The notes below the pieces were generated by a model. That model was not told the DNA's origin, did no database searches, and worked only from the letters and a program-made list of their open reading frames with translations. A stretch of 64,000 nucleotides of DNA from Dehalococcoidia bacterium (GTDB taxonomy: Bacteria > Chloroflexota > Dehalococcoidia > Bin125): NCBI GenBank assembly GCA_963555985.3, contig OY820591.1, positions 2,400,001-2,464,000 on the forward strand, in the 5' to 3' direction. The translations under genes and the position numbers were made by a program. Positions 62,862 through 64,000 of the stretch are shown here, piece after piece. How positions within the stretch are numbered: the stretch's first letter is position 1; the number at the start of each line of letters is the position of its first letter.

Positions 62862-64000
62862 TGCCGTCGGAGCGACGTTTCTATCGGGCTGCGAGAGTCG
62901 CCAACGGATCGCTGGACGGTTGGCTGCCGAACCATGCGGTAGGCGTCGACAACGGCAAGATCATCGACATCGTTCCCGCCACCGACGCGCCGCGGGAAGA
63001 GATCATCGATCTGGGCGATGTGTCGCTGCTGCCCGGGCTGGTGGAGGGACACACGCACATTCCCTGTCCGCCTCGGGTGGACGCCTTCGACATCATCTCT
63101 CAGGAGCCGAATGAACCGGCGTTGATGCGGGCGGCGCACGCGGTGGGCTTGGCGCTGCGCAGCGGCGTGACGACGATGCGTGATCTCGGCTCCAAGAACG
63201 AGGTCGTCTTCGCCGTCCGCGACGCGATTGCGTCCGGGGTGATTCCGGGCCCGCGTCTGCTCGCGTCGGGCGCGCCGATCACGCGGACGATGGATCACTG
63301 CTGGTTTTGGGGCGGCGAGGCGGACACGCCGGAGTCGGTTCGGGCGATGGCGCAGACTCACGTCGATCAAGGAGCGGATGTGCTCAAGGTGATGGCGTCG
63401 GGCGGGAACTTCACGCCGACCTCGAATCCTCGCGATCGGCAGTATCCACCAGAGACGATCCGGGAGATCGTGAAGGCGGGACGTTCCGGCGGGATTGAGG
63501 TTGCGGCGCATACTCATGCGGCGGCGGGTATTCGCGCTGCGGTGGAGGGCGGGGTACGACATCTGATTCACTGCCGCTGGCTGTCGGAGGATCCGACCGA
63601 AGGCTTCAACTACGACCCCGAGTTCGCGCAGCGGATCGCGGACGAGGGCATCTGGGTGAATCCGACGATTGGCCTGGGATTGCTCGCCAGCGAAGCGCGC
63701 GAGCGCGGGGATGCCGCGCCGCGTCGGAATCCGAACCTGCGCGGTCCCTCGCCGCGTGAGCAGGGCTTGGCAATCGTGCGGGATATGCGCGATCGAGGGG
63801 TGCGGTTCACATCGGGGCTGGATATGGGCATGGCCTACGCCGACTTTAATCGCGCGACCGCTGAGGCATGGGCGTTCGTGCAAGACATCGGGCTGAGTGA
63901 GTGGCACGCGATTCGGCTGATGACCTGCGATACAGCTGAGGCGATTGGCGTTGGCGGAGAGGTTGGTCGGTTGGCGAGGGGATATGGCGCGGATTTGGTC
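62861..64000 (+). CDS. Amidohydrolase family protein, 3'-truncated by window edge
   Basis: Hand translation from ATG 62861 (overlapping previous TGA): LLPGLVEGHTH, SGVTTMRDLG, GPRL, KVMASGG, VAAH; absent from ORF track because no stop is reached. Confidence 0.88.
   Translation, partial: MPSERRFYRAARVANGSLDGWLPNHAVGVDNGKIIDIVPATDAPREEIIDLGDVSLLPGLVEGHTHIPCPPRVDAFDIISQEPNEPALMRAAHAVGLALRSGVTTMRDLGSKNEVVFAVRDAIASGVIPGPRLLASGAPITRTMDHCWFWGGEADTPESVRAMAQTHVDQGADVLKVMASGGNFTPTSNPRDRQYPPETIREIVKAGRSGGIEVAAHTHAAAGIRAAVEGGVRHLIHCRWLSEDPTEGFNYDPEFAQRIADEGIWVNPTIGLGLLASEARERGDAAPRRNPNLRGPSPREQGLAIVRDMRDRGVRFTSGLDMGMAYADFNRATAEAWAFVQDIGLSEWHAIRLMTCDTAEAIGVGGEVGRLARGYGADLV

Noticed and set aside
62546-63907. 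453-aa minus-strand ORF
   Set aside because: Shadow of the plus-strand amidohydrolase starting at 62861
47346-64000. Integrated element at selC
   Set aside because: No integrase and no duplicated tRNA 3' end seen by eye
1-64000. Selenoprotein (in-frame UGA) genes
   Set aside because: Catalytic Cys positions checked in the MDR and Mo-oxidoreductase are Cys codons, and TGA-ending genes look full length; not exhaustively tested

Overview
GC-rich bacterial chromosome segment. Gene content and style (RecG with an extra N-terminal domain, F420-dependent LLM/DDN enzymes, several CaiB CoA-transferases, crotonases and amidohydrolases, a secreted GIWSDG-repeat protein) suggest Chloroflexota/Dehalococcoidia, possibly a host-associated lineage; this is inference, not tested. 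Core genes: class A PBP, gatC-gatA, trpS, argS, recG, DegV/DAK2, rpmB, rpe and an interrupted arginine cluster (argC-argJ-argB-argD-argG-argH). A tRNA-Sec gene (47346-47443) sits next to nuclease/Mrr/Fic genes. Strongest leads: (1) a divergent module of a secreted CotH-family kinase, a VTC/TTM polyphosphate-polymerase-domain protein and a DUF4956 membrane protein, with a Pho-box-like 11-bp direct repeat between them; (2) a layered set of tiny non-autonomous elements: REP/RIME/BoxC-like palindromes, a 133-bp MITE with a 6-bp target duplication, a second MITE family and a 23-24 nt hairpin insert, which nest inside each other, with one palindrome sitting in-frame inside recG; (3) two arrays of a GTTCG-like motif at 10-bp spacing; (4) a bacterial ceramide-synthase-like (YghO) GNAT; (5) a 39-bp twin palindromic repeat upstream of a fic-mrr pair. 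No CRISPR array, rRNA, integrase or transposase was seen. All family assignments come from motif recognition by eye; no database searches were run.
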